Assembly: GCA_016287095.1 (NCBI GenBank)
Contig: JAEEVK010000007.1
Span: forward strand, 274 to 64,273
From: Lachnospiraceae bacterium
GTDB taxonomy: Bacteria > Bacillota > Clostridia > Lachnospirales > Lachnospiraceae
Direction: 5' to 3'
DNA: 64,000 nt
Position numbers and translations under genes: made by a program. This document shows, piece by piece, positions 38,370 to 47,246 of this stretch. The notes beneath the pieces are model-generated. The model saw only the letters and a program-made list of their open reading frames with translations. It ran no database searches and had not been told where the DNA came from. How positions within the stretch are numbered: the first letter of the stretch is position 1; every line of letters begins with the position of its first letter.

Positions 38370-38457
38370 TGATAATAATTCTCAAATAAAATCCGATAAT
38401 CGTTCTCAAATAACTTGACAAATGAAAATTATGTATTATAATTGAGAAAGATTTTCA
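38370..38457. promoter_or_regulatory. three Fur-family 7-1-7 boxes (candidate Zur boxes) in the divergent zinc promoter region
   Basis: tgataataattctca (38370..38384, 14/15 to TGATAATNATTATCA), cgataatcgttctca (38394..38408), tgagaaagattttca (38443..38457, directly after the plus-strand -10). Confidence 0.6.
38415..38442 (+). promoter_or_regulatory. promoter of zur-znuC-znuB
   Basis: TTGACA 38415..38420, 16-nt spacer, TATAAT 38437..38442. Confidence 0.6.
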
Positions 38458-38476
38458 AATTGGCGGAGGTGCAATT

Positions 38477-38896
38477 TTGGAAAAAAGATCGGTATATAAG
38501 ACAAAGCAGAGGGAGAAGCTGCTTAATTACCTTGAAGGAGCAAAAGGAAAGCACATTACTGTAGCAGATGCATGTGAATTTTTCCGCTCTCAGGGAGAGA
38601 CCATAGGACAGGCTACTGTGTACCGTCAGTTAGAAAAGCTGGTGGATGAAGGTATAGTCAATAAATATATTATAGATATGAACAGTCCGGCCTGCTTTGA
38701 ATATACCGGAGGTTCGCACTGCTCCGAAGAAACCTGTTTTCATTGTAAATGTGAAAAATGCGGAAAGCTTATCCATATGCATTGTGATGAATTAAATGAA
38801 CTGGAGTCACATTTATATGAGCATCATCAGTTCCGTATGGATCCGAAGAGGACGGTATTTTACGGTATATGTGATGACTGCCAGGCGGGACAATGA
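38477..38896 (+). CDS. zur: Fur-family regulator, probably Zur
   Basis: Winged-helix N-terminus (ATVYRQLEKLVDEG), CxxC pairs (CKCEKCGK...CDDC), TTG start after ggaggtg. Zinc-transporter context. Confidence 0.8.
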   Translation: MEKRSVYKTKQREKLLNYLEGAKGKHITVADACEFFRSQGETIGQATVYRQLEKLVDEGIVNKYIIDMNSPACFEYTGGSHCSEETCFHCKCEKCGKLIHMHCDELNELESHLYEHHQFRMDPKRTVFYGICDDCQAGQ

Positions 38897-38939
38897 ACTA
38901 TAGGCAGGTTCGTTAAATAATCAGAAACGAGGTTTTTCA

Positions 38940-39656
38940 ATGTCGTTTATTACGGTAAAAAATCTTGAGGTAGGTTATGAAAAGAAAACCATAACCGAAC
39001 CCATAAACTTTAAAGTTGACAAACAGGATTATCTGTGCATAGTGGGAGAAAACGGTGCCGGAAAAAGCACGTTAATGAAAACTTTGCTCGGACTTATAAA
39101 GCCTGTGAGTGGTGAGATAGTATTCGGTGACGGTTTAAAGGCTAACGAGATAGGCTATCTTTCGCAGCAGACGGTTGTACAGAGGGATTTCCCCGCATCC
39201 GTTAGGGAAATTGTGCTTTCGGGATGTCAGGCGCGTGCAGGCTTCAGACCCTTTTACAACAAAGAGGAAAAGAAGCTGGCAGAAGAAAATATGGAAAGAA
39301 TGGGGATAACCCAGCTTGCTGACAACTGCTACAGGGATCTTTCAGGAGGACAGCAGCAGAGAGTACTTTTAGCCAGGGCATTATGTGCTACGAGAAAAGT
39401 CCTTTTACTTGATGAACCTGTTTCGGGACTTGATCCTAAGGTGACTGCTGATATGTATGAACTGATAAACGGACTTAACCGTGAGGGGATTACCATCATC
39501 ATGATCTCACATGATATAGCTGCTGCAGTGAAATATGCTACACATATTCTTCATGTCGGAGCAAAACTGTTTTATGGCAGCAGGGAAGAGTACATTGAGA
39601 GTGACGAAGGCCGGTTCTTCTTAATGAGCCAGGAAGGCGGAAGACAAAATGCTTGA
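38940..39656 (+). CDS. znuC: zinc ABC transporter ATP-binding protein
   Basis: GENGAGKSTL, LSGGQQQR, LLLDEPVSGLD. Confidence 0.88.
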   Translation: MSFITVKNLEVGYEKKTITEPINFKVDKQDYLCIVGENGAGKSTLMKTLLGLIKPVSGEIVFGDGLKANEIGYLSQQTVVQRDFPASVREIVLSGCQARAGFRPFYNKEEKKLAEENMERMGITQLADNCYRDLSGGQQQRVLLARALCATRKVLLLDEPVSGLDPKVTADMYELINGLNREGITIIMISHDIAAAVKYATHILHVGAKLFYGSREEYIESDEGRFFLMSQEGGRQNA

Positions 39657-40488
39657 TAAGTTATTTACATATCTGCAATATTCATTTGTCGTAAATGCTC
39701 TGATAGTAGGAGTACTGATATCATTGTGTTCCTCTCTTTTCGGAGTGACGCTGGTACTTAAAAGATATTCCTTCATAGGAGACGGTTTGTCCCATGTTGC
39801 ATTTGGAGCCATGGCGATAGCTACAGTCATGAAGCTCACCAACAATATGCTGCTGATACTTCCTGTGACTGTTATTTGCGCCGTATTACTTTTAAAGACC
39901 GGTCAGAACACCAAGATAAAGGGTGATGCAGCCATAGCCATGATCTCGGTTGGAGCACTTGCTCTCGGATATCTTGTAATGAATGTGTTTTCTACATCGG
40001 CAAATATTTCCGGAGATGTGTGCAGTACCTTGTTTGGTTCGACTTCCATACTTACACTTGACAGTACGGAAGTGGTGTTGTGTATAATATTGTCGGTTGT
40101 TGTTATAGCAATTTTCATTCTGTTTTATAATAAGATATTTGCAGTTACCTTTGACGAGAACTTTTCAAAGGCTTCGGGTGTAAGTACAAATGCATATAAT
40201 TTCCTGATTGCAGTAGTCATAGCGGTTATCATAGTATTGGCCATGAATCTGGTAGGCTCGTTACTTATTTCGGCCCTCATCATATTCCCGGCACTTTCAG
40301 CGATGAGACTTTTTCAAAGCTTTAAGAAGGTAACGGTATTTTCGTCTGTGTTTGCCGTAATATGTGCGGTGTTGGGCCTGGTCATCTCTATTATGACCGG
40401 TACTCCTGTAGGCTCTACCATAGTGGCTACGGATGTGGTAGCATTTCTTATATGCTGTTTAGCAGGCAGTATAAAACAAAGGATGTAA
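39649..40488 (+). CDS. znuB: zinc ABC transporter permease
   Basis: ABC-3 family polytopic permease (FIGDGLSHVAFGA). 8-nt overlap with znuC. Confidence 0.88.
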   Translation: MLDKLFTYLQYSFVVNALIVGVLISLCSSLFGVTLVLKRYSFIGDGLSHVAFGAMAIATVMKLTNNMLLILPVTVICAVLLLKTGQNTKIKGDAAIAMISVGALALGYLVMNVFSTSANISGDVCSTLFGSTSILTLDSTEVVLCIILSVVVIAIFILFYNKIFAVTFDENFSKASGVSTNAYNFLIAVVIAVIIVLAMNLVGSLLISALIIFPALSAMRLFQSFKKVTVFSSVFAVICAVLGLVISIMTGTPVGSTIVATDVVAFLICCLAGSIKQRM

Positions 40489-40500
40489 GTTATGATAATT

Positions 40501-40535
40501 AAGCTGATTCCGAATGGAGTCGGCTTATTTTTTTA
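40501..40535 (+). terminator. intrinsic terminator after znuB
   Basis: aagctga...tcggctt stem (one G-U) followed by T7. Confidence 0.7.
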
Positions 40536-40536
40536 T

Positions 40537-40590
40537 TTGACATTTTTGAGTTAGCGTGGTATAACTATATAGGTTAGATAACACTAACCT
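40537..40590 (+). promoter_or_regulatory. promoter of the second DtxR-family gene with two boxes
   Basis: TTGACA 40537..40542, 17-nt spacer, TGn-TATAAC 40560..40565. Boxes agttagcgtggtataact (40549..40566) and the perfect aggttag-ataaca-ctaacct (40571..40590). Confidence 0.6.
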
Positions 40591-40672
40591 ATATGATCTG
40601 AACTTTCATCTTTTATAATGATGAATAGACGGGATAGAAGTTAGACATTAGACATACAGGAGATGCAGTGTC

Positions 40673-41053
40673 ATGGGCAGGACTATGAAGATTTCAAAAG
40701 AAGATTATCTTGAAACCATCCTTGTCTGTACCAATAAGCTTGGTGCGTGCAGGGTTACGGATATTGCTGCCCATCTCGGTCATTCTAAAGCAAGTGTCAG
40801 TGTGGCTCTTTCTAAACTGGAAAATGAAGGTCTGATAATAAAGGATGACTGGAGGATACTTCTTTCTGACTCCGGTAAAATCTCAGCCGAAAAGATATTG
40901 GAGCGTCACATGTTCTTTATTAAATGGTTTGAACATATCGGCATAGACAAGGAAACTGCTAAAGAAGATGCCTGCCTTATAGAGCATGCGATATCTGATA
41001 CGACCTTTGAAAAGATAAAATCACATTTACGGATGTTAGATAAAGACATCTAA
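40673..41053 (+). CDS. DtxR/MntR-family metal-dependent transcriptional regulator
   Basis: EDYLETILV...HSKASVSVALSKLENEGLI HTH, ERHMFFIKWF...DACLIEHAIS metal/dimerisation domain. No SH3-like C-domain. Confidence 0.85.
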   Translation: MGRTMKISKEDYLETILVCTNKLGACRVTDIAAHLGHSKASVSVALSKLENEGLIIKDDWRILLSDSGKISAEKILERHMFFIKWFEHIGIDKETAKEDACLIEHAISDTTFEKIKSHLRMLDKDI

Positions 41054-41067
41054 TTTTTTTAGCAGGC

Positions 41068-41085
41068 TGTTAGTTGAGACTAACA
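41068..41085. promoter_or_regulatory. perfect GTTAG-N6-CTAAC box upstream of the small-protein/ATPase operon
   Basis: tgttagttgagactaaca. Overlaps the alternative small hairpin actaac-aaaa-gttagt plus T6. Confidence 0.5.
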
Positions 41086-41214
41086 AAAGTTAGTTTTTTG
41101 ATGATAAGCACTTGGTGCTATACTATATTTAAGCCAAATTATAATGGGTTGATAGCCCACAGGATTTGTTTATAAAAATGGCAGACAATTAATTTAGCAC
41201 AAGGAGGTTTTTAT

Positions 41215-41502
41215 ATGAACTGGAAGAAATTATGTACATTTGCAGGCGGTGTTCTTTTTGGAACAGCAGGTGTTGCTATCCTTTCAAGCAAGGATGCAAA
41301 AACAGTATATACCCATTGTACCGCAGCGGTTCTCCGTGGCAAGGACAGCGTAATGAAGACTGCAGCTACTATAAAGGAAAACTGTGGTGATATCCATGAG
41401 GATGCTGTAGATATCAATGAAAAACGTTATGATAAGAAGAGAAAGCAGGAATACGAAAAGGCTAAGGCTATAATCGAAAGCTACGAAGAACAGGAAGCGT
41501 GA
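41215..41502 (+). CDS. small N-terminally anchored protein, closely spaced (5-nt gap) upstream of the ATPase gene
   Basis: RBS aaggagg, one N-terminal hydrophobic helix, charged helical tail. Stop lies 5 nt before the ATPase ATG. Confidence 0.6.
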   Translation: MNWKKLCTFAGGVLFGTAGVAILSSKDAKTVYTHCTAAVLRGKDSVMKTAATIKENCGDIHEDAVDINEKRYDKKRKQEYEKAKAIIESYEEQEA

Positions 41503-41507
41503 ATCCT

Positions 41508-43610
41508 ATGAAATGTGTAGTATTACATGAATCAAGTAAAAAAATAAGGATAAAAATACCTTATCCGTGTATGTCCATGCACAGAGCGGACCTCGTGGAA
41601 TACTATATCCGTAACATCGATGTTGTAAAAGAAGTTTCTGTAGATGAAAGAACCGGCAATGCAGTAGTAACATTTCTTAATTCATCCGAAAAGGATAAGG
41701 AAAGTCTGTTTTCTGCACTGGCGGTTTTTGACCCTCAGGATGAAAGAATAAAAGCACTCGTACCGGAAAATACCGGTAGAGAGATGAACCGTAAGTATGA
41801 GGAAAAGCTGTTCTTCTCCGTTACCGGGATGTTCATGAGAAAAATCTTTCTGCCCACACCGCTGGCAATAGCCAGAAGCATCGCCAAGAGCATCCCTTAT
41901 ATAGTCAAGGGTTTGCTTGCACTTAAAAACGGTAAGCTGCAGGTTGAAACTCTTGATGGTGTGGCTATAGCTACCTCGATCATCAGGAGAGATTTTGATA
42001 CAGCTTCTTCTATTATGTTCCTGCTCAATATCGGTGAGACCCTCGAAGAATGGACACGCAAAAAATCAATTAATGACCTTGCACATTCTATGTCACTGAA
42101 TATAGATAAGGTATGGCTTAAAAACGATGGGAAAGAAATACAGGTTGGTGTAAACCAGGTACTTGCAGGTGATCATATTATCGTCAGAAATTCAGAGATC
42201 ATACCTCTTGACGGTAAAGTTATCGAAGGCGAGATGACTGTAAACCAGTCCATTATGACCGGTGAATCCGAGCCTGTGGTAAAGAGTCCGGGTGGCTATG
42301 TATATGCCGGTACTGTCGTAGAGGAAGGCGAATGTATCATCGAGGTTACAAAGACAGCCGGCAGCGGTAAGTTCGACCAGATAGTCAAAATGATAGAAGA
42401 GTCTGAAAAATTAAAATCGGATACAGAGGCTAAAGCATACCGACTGGCTGATAAACTTGTACCATATAGTCTTTTGGGAGCAGGTATAACATATCTGCTC
42501 ACCAGAAATGCTACTAAAGCACTTTCGTTCCTGATGGTTGATTATTCATGTGCCATGAAGTTATCCATGCCTTTAGCAGTGCTTTCTGCTATTAAGGAAT
42601 GCAGGGAACACAGGATATCCGTAAAGGGCGGCAAATTTATGGAAGCCATGGCTGAAGCTGATACTCTGGTATTTGATAAAACAGGAACACTCACACACGC
42701 TACTCCTACACTTATGGATGTAGTAAGCTTTGAAGGCCGTGATCCTGATGAGATGCTGCGTATAGCAGCTTGCCTTGAAGAGCATTATCCTCATTCTGTA
42801 GCCAATGCTATAGTAAAAGGTGCTAAGGATAAAGGGCTGGATCATGATGAACTGCATTCAAAGGTGGAATATATTGTTGCACACGGCATAAGCAGTTCCA
42901 TAGATAATGAACATGTAGTCATAGGCAGTTATCACTTTGTCATGGAGGATGAGGGATGTATCATCCCTGAAGATGAGGCTTATAAGCTTGACGAGATAAA
43001 CAGGGAATACTCACGTATTTTTATGGCTATCGGAGGCAGGCTGGCAGCAGTGCTCTGTATCTTTGATCCTTTAAGAGAAGAAGCAGCAGAGGTTATCAAA
43101 AGCCTTCACGAACTGGGCTTTAAGAAAATCTGCATGATGACCGGTGATAACAAAAAGAATGCCCAGGCTGTAGCCGCCAAACTGAGTCTGGATGAATTCT
43201 GTGCTGAGGTGCTCCCTGAGGATAAAGCGGAATTTGTAAAAAACGAACGACAAAAAGGACATAAGGTAGTCATGATAGGTGATGGGGTAAATGATACACC
43301 TGCACTTTCTGAAGCGGACGTAGGTATAGCTATCCTTGACGGAGCTCCGATAGCACGAGAAATAGCAGATATCACCATTGCTTCTGATGATCTGCATCAG
43401 CTTATCACGTTAAGAGAAATAAGCACAGCTCTGATGAAGAGGATAAAAGCGAATTACAGGTTTATACTTGGATTTAATTCTGCACTTATTGCCGGAGGAC
43501 TTTTCGGTGTTATGAATCCTGCATCGTCAGCTCTGCTTCATAATGGTTCTACTATACTGACAGGGCTTAAGAGTATGACAAATCTTTTGCCTGACACTAA
43601 AACAATCTGA
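41508..43610 (+). CDS. P1B-type (heavy-metal) P-type ATPase with SCA in place of the CPC transmembrane motif
   Basis: DKTGTLT (42675..), TGES, MTGDN, GDGVNDTPAL. TM motif YSCAMKL (SCA codons 42546..42554). N-terminal HMA-like fold without CxxC. ATG 41508 after aggaag. Confidence 0.9.
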   Translation: MKCVVLHESSKKIRIKIPYPCMSMHRADLVEYYIRNIDVVKEVSVDERTGNAVVTFLNSSEKDKESLFSALAVFDPQDERIKALVPENTGREMNRKYEEKLFFSVTGMFMRKIFLPTPLAIARSIAKSIPYIVKGLLALKNGKLQVETLDGVAIATSIIRRDFDTASSIMFLLNIGETLEEWTRKKSINDLAHSMSLNIDKVWLKNDGKEIQVGVNQVLAGDHIIVRNSEIIPLDGKVIEGEMTVNQSIMTGESEPVVKSPGGYVYAGTVVEEGECIIEVTKTAGSGKFDQIVKMIEESEKLKSDTEAKAYRLADKLVPYSLLGAGITYLLTRNATKALSFLMVDYSCAMKLSMPLAVLSAIKECREHRISVKGGKFMEAMAEADTLVFDKTGTLTHATPTLMDVVSFEGRDPDEMLRIAACLEEHYPHSVANAIVKGAKDKGLDHDELHSKVEYIVAHGISSSIDNEHVVIGSYHFVMEDEGCIIPEDEAYKLDEINREYSRIFMAIGGRLAAVLCIFDPLREEAAEVIKSLHELGFKKICMMTGDNKKNAQAVAAKLSLDEFCAEVLPEDKAEFVKNERQKGHKVVMIGDGVNDTPALSEADVGIAILDGAPIAREIADITIASDDLHQLITLREISTALMKRIKANYRFILGFNSALIAGGLFGVMNPASSALLHNGSTILTGLKSMTNLLPDTKTI

Positions 43611-43644
43611 CCTCATAAAAATCGTTTCTCTCCATAAAAGAAAT

Positions 43645-43685
43645 CGGCCGGTTTCAAATATCTTATTGGAACCGGTCGGTTTTTA
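43645..43685 (+). terminator. intrinsic terminator after the ATPase
   Basis: cggccggtttc / ggaaccggtcg stem then T-run. Confidence 0.75.
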
Positions 43686-43733
43686 TCTTTATCCAAAGTA
43701 ATAAAAAAAATTTTAAAAACTTAAAAAAAATGC

Positions 43734-43780
43734 TTGACAAAAATAAACATTATGATATAATCAGTTAGCGTAAGGTAACT
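43734..43780 (+). promoter_or_regulatory. promoter plus box at the start of a long leader
   Basis: AAAAAAAATGCTTGACA, TTGACA 43734..43739, 16-nt spacer, TGn-TATAAT 43756..43761. Box agttagcgtaaggtaact 43763..43780. Confidence 0.65.
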
Positions 43781-44018
43781 GACAGATGTTTTTAAATAAT
43801 CATTCGATAATAAGCTTATCGTTAATCCTTCAAACCTCAAGACAGTATGCCGCCAACGTACTGTCATATAGACTTTTTAGACTAGAGACCCAATTACTTC
43901 TTATTTAGCTTTGATAAGTATCGGATGATTAACTAAAATATGTTTGTTAGAGATACTGTAAATTACGACTGACCCTGACCCGTTTAGGGGAGGGGATCAG
44001 TCGATAATTTATCAGTAT

Positions 44019-44036
44019 AGTTAGCAATGGCTAACT
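44019..44036. promoter_or_regulatory. perfect box agttagc-aatg-gctaact inside the leader
   Basis: Shares an identical 20-mer (gttagcaatggctaactaaa) with the site at 56562. Confidence 0.5.
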
Positions 44037-44060
44037 AAATCAATTATTTTATCTTGTTAT

Positions 44061-44085
44061 AAAAGGCTTGTTAAGCAGGCCTTTT
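44061..44085 (+). terminator. terminator-like hairpin just upstream of the RBS of the 44118 gene
   Basis: aaaaggcttg / caggcctttt (10 bp, one G-U), loop ttaag, T-rich tail. Confidence 0.5.
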
Positions 44086-44117
44086 AAATATTTAAAGGAA
44101 AGGAAAATGAATAAATC

Positions 44118-45509
44118 ATGAAAGGATTTATCAAAACACTTACAGCACTTTTGTTGGTGCTGACACTGGGCATTTTTACTGTTGAAATGCCTGCATCCAA
44201 TGTAAAAGCGGATGAACCGGTAGCTGAACAGGCTATCAATGGGGAGGATTTCTTAAACGAAATCAAAGGAGAATATGTTCCTCTTTTTATAGGAGGTATT
44301 TTTAACTCGGAATATGATCATTATTGGCATGATTACACTGCAGCTGTAGTTGGTGAGTCAATGGCTGATATGTGTGTAGGTATTATGAAGCAGGCTATCG
44401 GAGCAACTACTTACGGTGATGAGGCAGGCGACGATTTCTTCTGCGGTTATACTGAGGATGTTGCTAAGATCACATTTGGTGGCGATGATGGCACAAAGGT
44501 TACATTCACAAAGAATAACGGAAAGGAAATTACTCATGATTATGCATTTGTAAAAATTGCATCAGCTACCGGCACTGTTGAAGGACAGGAGATGGGATAT
44601 GAGGGATGCCTGTACAAGAGCAAGGACGGTAACAAAGATGAGTTTGCATACATTTTCATGTGTCCTGATACACCTGCTACCACTTACCATCTTGAGTTCA
44701 GATATGGAAGCAGTGAAGAAGAGATTCTTAAGTTAACTGAGGGCAAATATAAGAACTGGCTTAGTGCAGGTTTCCCTGCAGATGCATTTGATGATCCTCA
44801 GGAGATAATGATCCAGAAGGTTATAGCACTCTTTGTTGTAGAAAATTTAGCACCCATGAGCGGAGCAGAGGCTAACGCACAGAGAGCATCTATGGCAGGT
44901 GTATGGTCTATGGATACCTCTATGTTAAAGGATTATCCCGGATATGAAAATGCTTCAATGGTAATGCAGCTCAGCAAGGCAGGTTTCGGCAAGAGCTATG
45001 TTGATATGGCAGGCAGCGGCGACTATATGCTCGCCAGCCAGTATCCTTTCTATATCTACGCAACCGAAAAGAATGATGAAGTAGAGAACGGTGTTTACAT
45101 CGTAGTAAGTGAGGATGAAGGAACAAAGACAGCTACTTACGAGATCAGTGTTATCGATGGTACCCGTACCCTTATATTCCATTCATCGGAAGGTGACATC
45201 ACATACTTCTATAATGAAGGCTTAGCTCCTGATGCTGTCAGCATCTCTAAGGCAAAAGCAAAGAGCAACAAGAAAATCTCTGTATCTTGGACTGCAGCAG
45301 AAAATGCAGAAGGATATGAGATTGTATATTCAACAAACAGTAATTTCAAGAAAGCAAAGACAAAGACCATAACCGGTAAGACCTCAGGTAAGACCAAGAA
45401 ACTTAAGAGCAACACTTACTATGTAAAGGTACGTGCATTCTCTACAGATTATGAGGGCAACAAGGTATATGGCGAGTTCTCAGAAGTTAAGACAGTTATC
45501 GTTAGATGA
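44118..45509 (+). CDS. secreted protein: ZinT/YodA-like lipocalin region(s) plus C-terminal Fn3 domain
   Basis: Signal peptide. By-eye colinearity with E. coli ZinT (GYTEDVAKITF..., YIFMCPDTPATTYHLEFRYG, KNW). Fn3 tail ISVSWTAAENAEGYEIVYS...YYVKVRAF. Confidence 0.7.
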   Translation: MKGFIKTLTALLLVLTLGIFTVEMPASNVKADEPVAEQAINGEDFLNEIKGEYVPLFIGGIFNSEYDHYWHDYTAAVVGESMADMCVGIMKQAIGATTYGDEAGDDFFCGYTEDVAKITFGGDDGTKVTFTKNNGKEITHDYAFVKIASATGTVEGQEMGYEGCLYKSKDGNKDEFAYIFMCPDTPATTYHLEFRYGSSEEEILKLTEGKYKNWLSAGFPADAFDDPQEIMIQKVIALFVVENLAPMSGAEANAQRASMAGVWSMDTSMLKDYPGYENASMVMQLSKAGFGKSYVDMAGSGDYMLASQYPFYIYATEKNDEVENGVYIVVSEDEGTKTATYEISVIDGTRTLIFHSSEGDITYFYNEGLAPDAVSISKAKAKSNKKISVSWTAAENAEGYEIVYSTNSNFKKAKTKTITGKTSGKTKKLKSNTYYVKVRAFSTDYEGNKVYGEFSEVKTVIVR

Positions 45510-45551
45510 TTTCTCTGAAACTGAAATACATAAAAATCTTCCTTAAAGTTG

Positions 45552-45582
45552 AAAGGAGCGGCTTGATTGCTGCTCCTTTTTT
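45552..45582 (+). terminator. intrinsic terminator
   Basis: aaaggagcg / tgctccttt stem then T6. Confidence 0.8.
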
Positions 45583-45597
45583 CAGCTCAAAAGGATA

Positions 45598-45652
45598 TTG
45601 ACAAATAGATTTATAAATATATAATATGGGTAGAAGTTAGGAGACTCTAACC
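45598..45652 (+). promoter_or_regulatory. promoter plus perfect box upstream of the ZIP transporter
   Basis: TTGACA 45598..45603, 16-nt spacer, TATAAT 45620..45625. Box agttaggagactctaacc 45635..45652 (GTTAG-N6-CTAAC). Confidence 0.65.
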
Positions 45653-45678
45653 AACATCATTATATGGAGATGAAATTT

Positions 45679-46458
45679 ATGTCAATAGAAATAATAGAAG
45701 GTATCCTGATTCCATTCCTTGGTACGACACTAGGAGCAGCCTGCGTATTTTTCCTTAAAGGGGAAATGAATGATAAACTTAAAAAAGCAATGGGTGGATT
45801 TGCAGCCGGAGTTATGATTTCAGCATCGTTTTTCAGTTTGCTTCTGCCGGCGCTTGAGCAGTCGGATGATATGGGAAAACTGTCATTTGTACCTGCAATG
45901 ATTGGATTTATCATCGGTATGCTGTTCCTTTTGTTCCTGGATATTATTATACCGCATATGCATCTGGATAAGAGTGAAGAGGGACCTAAGTCAGGTCTTA
46001 AGCGTACCACCAAGTTGGTGCTTGCAGTTACACTGCATAATCTTCCGGAAGGAATGGCAGTCGGTATTGTTTATGCCGGCTGGATGTATGGAAATAATGA
46101 GATAGCTTTGAGTGGAGCATTAGCCCTGGCTCTTGGTATAGCGTTACAGAATTTCCCGGAGGGAGCCATAGTATCCATGCCTCTTGTAGCTGAAGGTATG
46201 CCAAAATGGAAGACATTTGTATATGGTACCCTGTCAGGTATAGTAGAGCCGATAGGAGCGTTGCTTACCATATTTGCCGCAAGCTTCTTTTTGCCTGTGC
46301 TTCCTTATCTGTTAAGCTTCGCCGCCGGTGCAATGTTTTATGTAGTGGTAGAAGAGCTTATACCTGAGATGTCTGAGGGTGAGCATTCCAATATCGGAAC
46401 AGTCTGTTTTGCAGTAGGTTTTGTAATGATGATGGCCCTTGATGTAGGACTTGGTTAA
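45679..46458 (+). CDS. ZIP-family divalent metal transporter (ZupT-like)
   Basis: Polytopic. HNLPEGMAVG and QNFPEGA motifs. ATG 45679 lies 8 nt after ggaga; in-frame ATGs at 45664 and 45670 are also possible. Confidence 0.85.
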   Translation: MSIEIIEGILIPFLGTTLGAACVFFLKGEMNDKLKKAMGGFAAGVMISASFFSLLLPALEQSDDMGKLSFVPAMIGFIIGMLFLLFLDIIIPHMHLDKSEEGPKSGLKRTTKLVLAVTLHNLPEGMAVGIVYAGWMYGNNEIALSGALALALGIALQNFPEGAIVSMPLVAEGMPKWKTFVYGTLSGIVEPIGALLTIFAASFFLPVLPYLLSFAAGAMFYVVVEELIPEMSEGEHSNIGTVCFAVGFVMMMALDVGLG

Positions 46459-46512
46459 ACAGAATAAAAAAAATATCAAAAAGTACTTGACAATATTATA
46501 AGTCAGTGATAA

Positions 46513-46549
46513 GATAACAGCGTTATGTAACACTGTTATCTATTTTTTT
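46513..46549. promoter_or_regulatory. palindrome with ATAACA/TGTTAT half-sites plus T-run (operator and/or terminator)
   Basis: gataacag-cgttatgtaaca-ctgttatc then T7. Sits right after a TTGACA-17-TAAGAT promoter (46487..46515). Confidence 0.5.
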
Positions 46550-46625
46550 GAGAGGATAGAGCTTGACTGATAATCATTACGACAGAACAGTCTAAGATGA
46601 GAAGTATCTGTCAAGAATACAATAT

Positions 46626-47246
46626 ATGAAAGAAAACGTTGAATATGAAAAAAGAGCCCTTCTGATAGAGGCAGCAAAAAAAGAGTTTAAAGAAAAAGGA
46701 TATAATAAAGCATCACTCCGGAGCATATGTGCTAAAGCAGGAGTAACTACCGGTGCATTATATTTCTTCTTTGAAAACAAAGCAGAGTTATTTTCAGCCA
46801 TAGTGGATCAGCCGATAAAAGGTCTGAAAAAACTTCTTATGGAACATTTTCAGGAAGACAGGGAATATATGCAGCATCTTGATTCCATGGAAAACATGGA
46901 GATGGATCACAGTGATCTGTCCGATATGTTGGTGGAGTATATATATAGTAATTATGATAGCCTTATGCTCCTACTTACATCTGCTGAAAATACTGTTTAT
47001 GAAAATTGTATAGATGAATTGGTAACACTTACAGAAAACTCTATGCCTATTATGTTATCGGGACTTAAGGGATATACGTATGATGAATACATGTCCCATT
47101 GGATGTCACATATCACAGTTGATGCATTTTTAAATGTTATAAAACACGAGACAGATATGGAGCAGGCAAAACTTAAACTTAGAAAGATAATGAATTATCT
47201 GATTGAAGGCTGGGTAGAGCTTGTGATGGTATCGCTTAATAAGTAA
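46626..47246 (+). CDS. TetR/AcrR-family transcriptional regulator
   Basis: HTH LLIEAAKKEFKEKGYNKASLRSICAKAGVTTGALYFFFENKAELF. Confidence 0.85.
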   Translation: MKENVEYEKRALLIEAAKKEFKEKGYNKASLRSICAKAGVTTGALYFFFENKAELFSAIVDQPIKGLKKLLMEHFQEDREYMQHLDSMENMEMDHSDLSDMLVEYIYSNYDSLMLLLTSAENTVYENCIDELVTLTENSMPIMLSGLKGYTYDEYMSHWMSHITVDAFLNVIKHETDMEQAKLKLRKIMNYLIEGWVELVMVSLNK

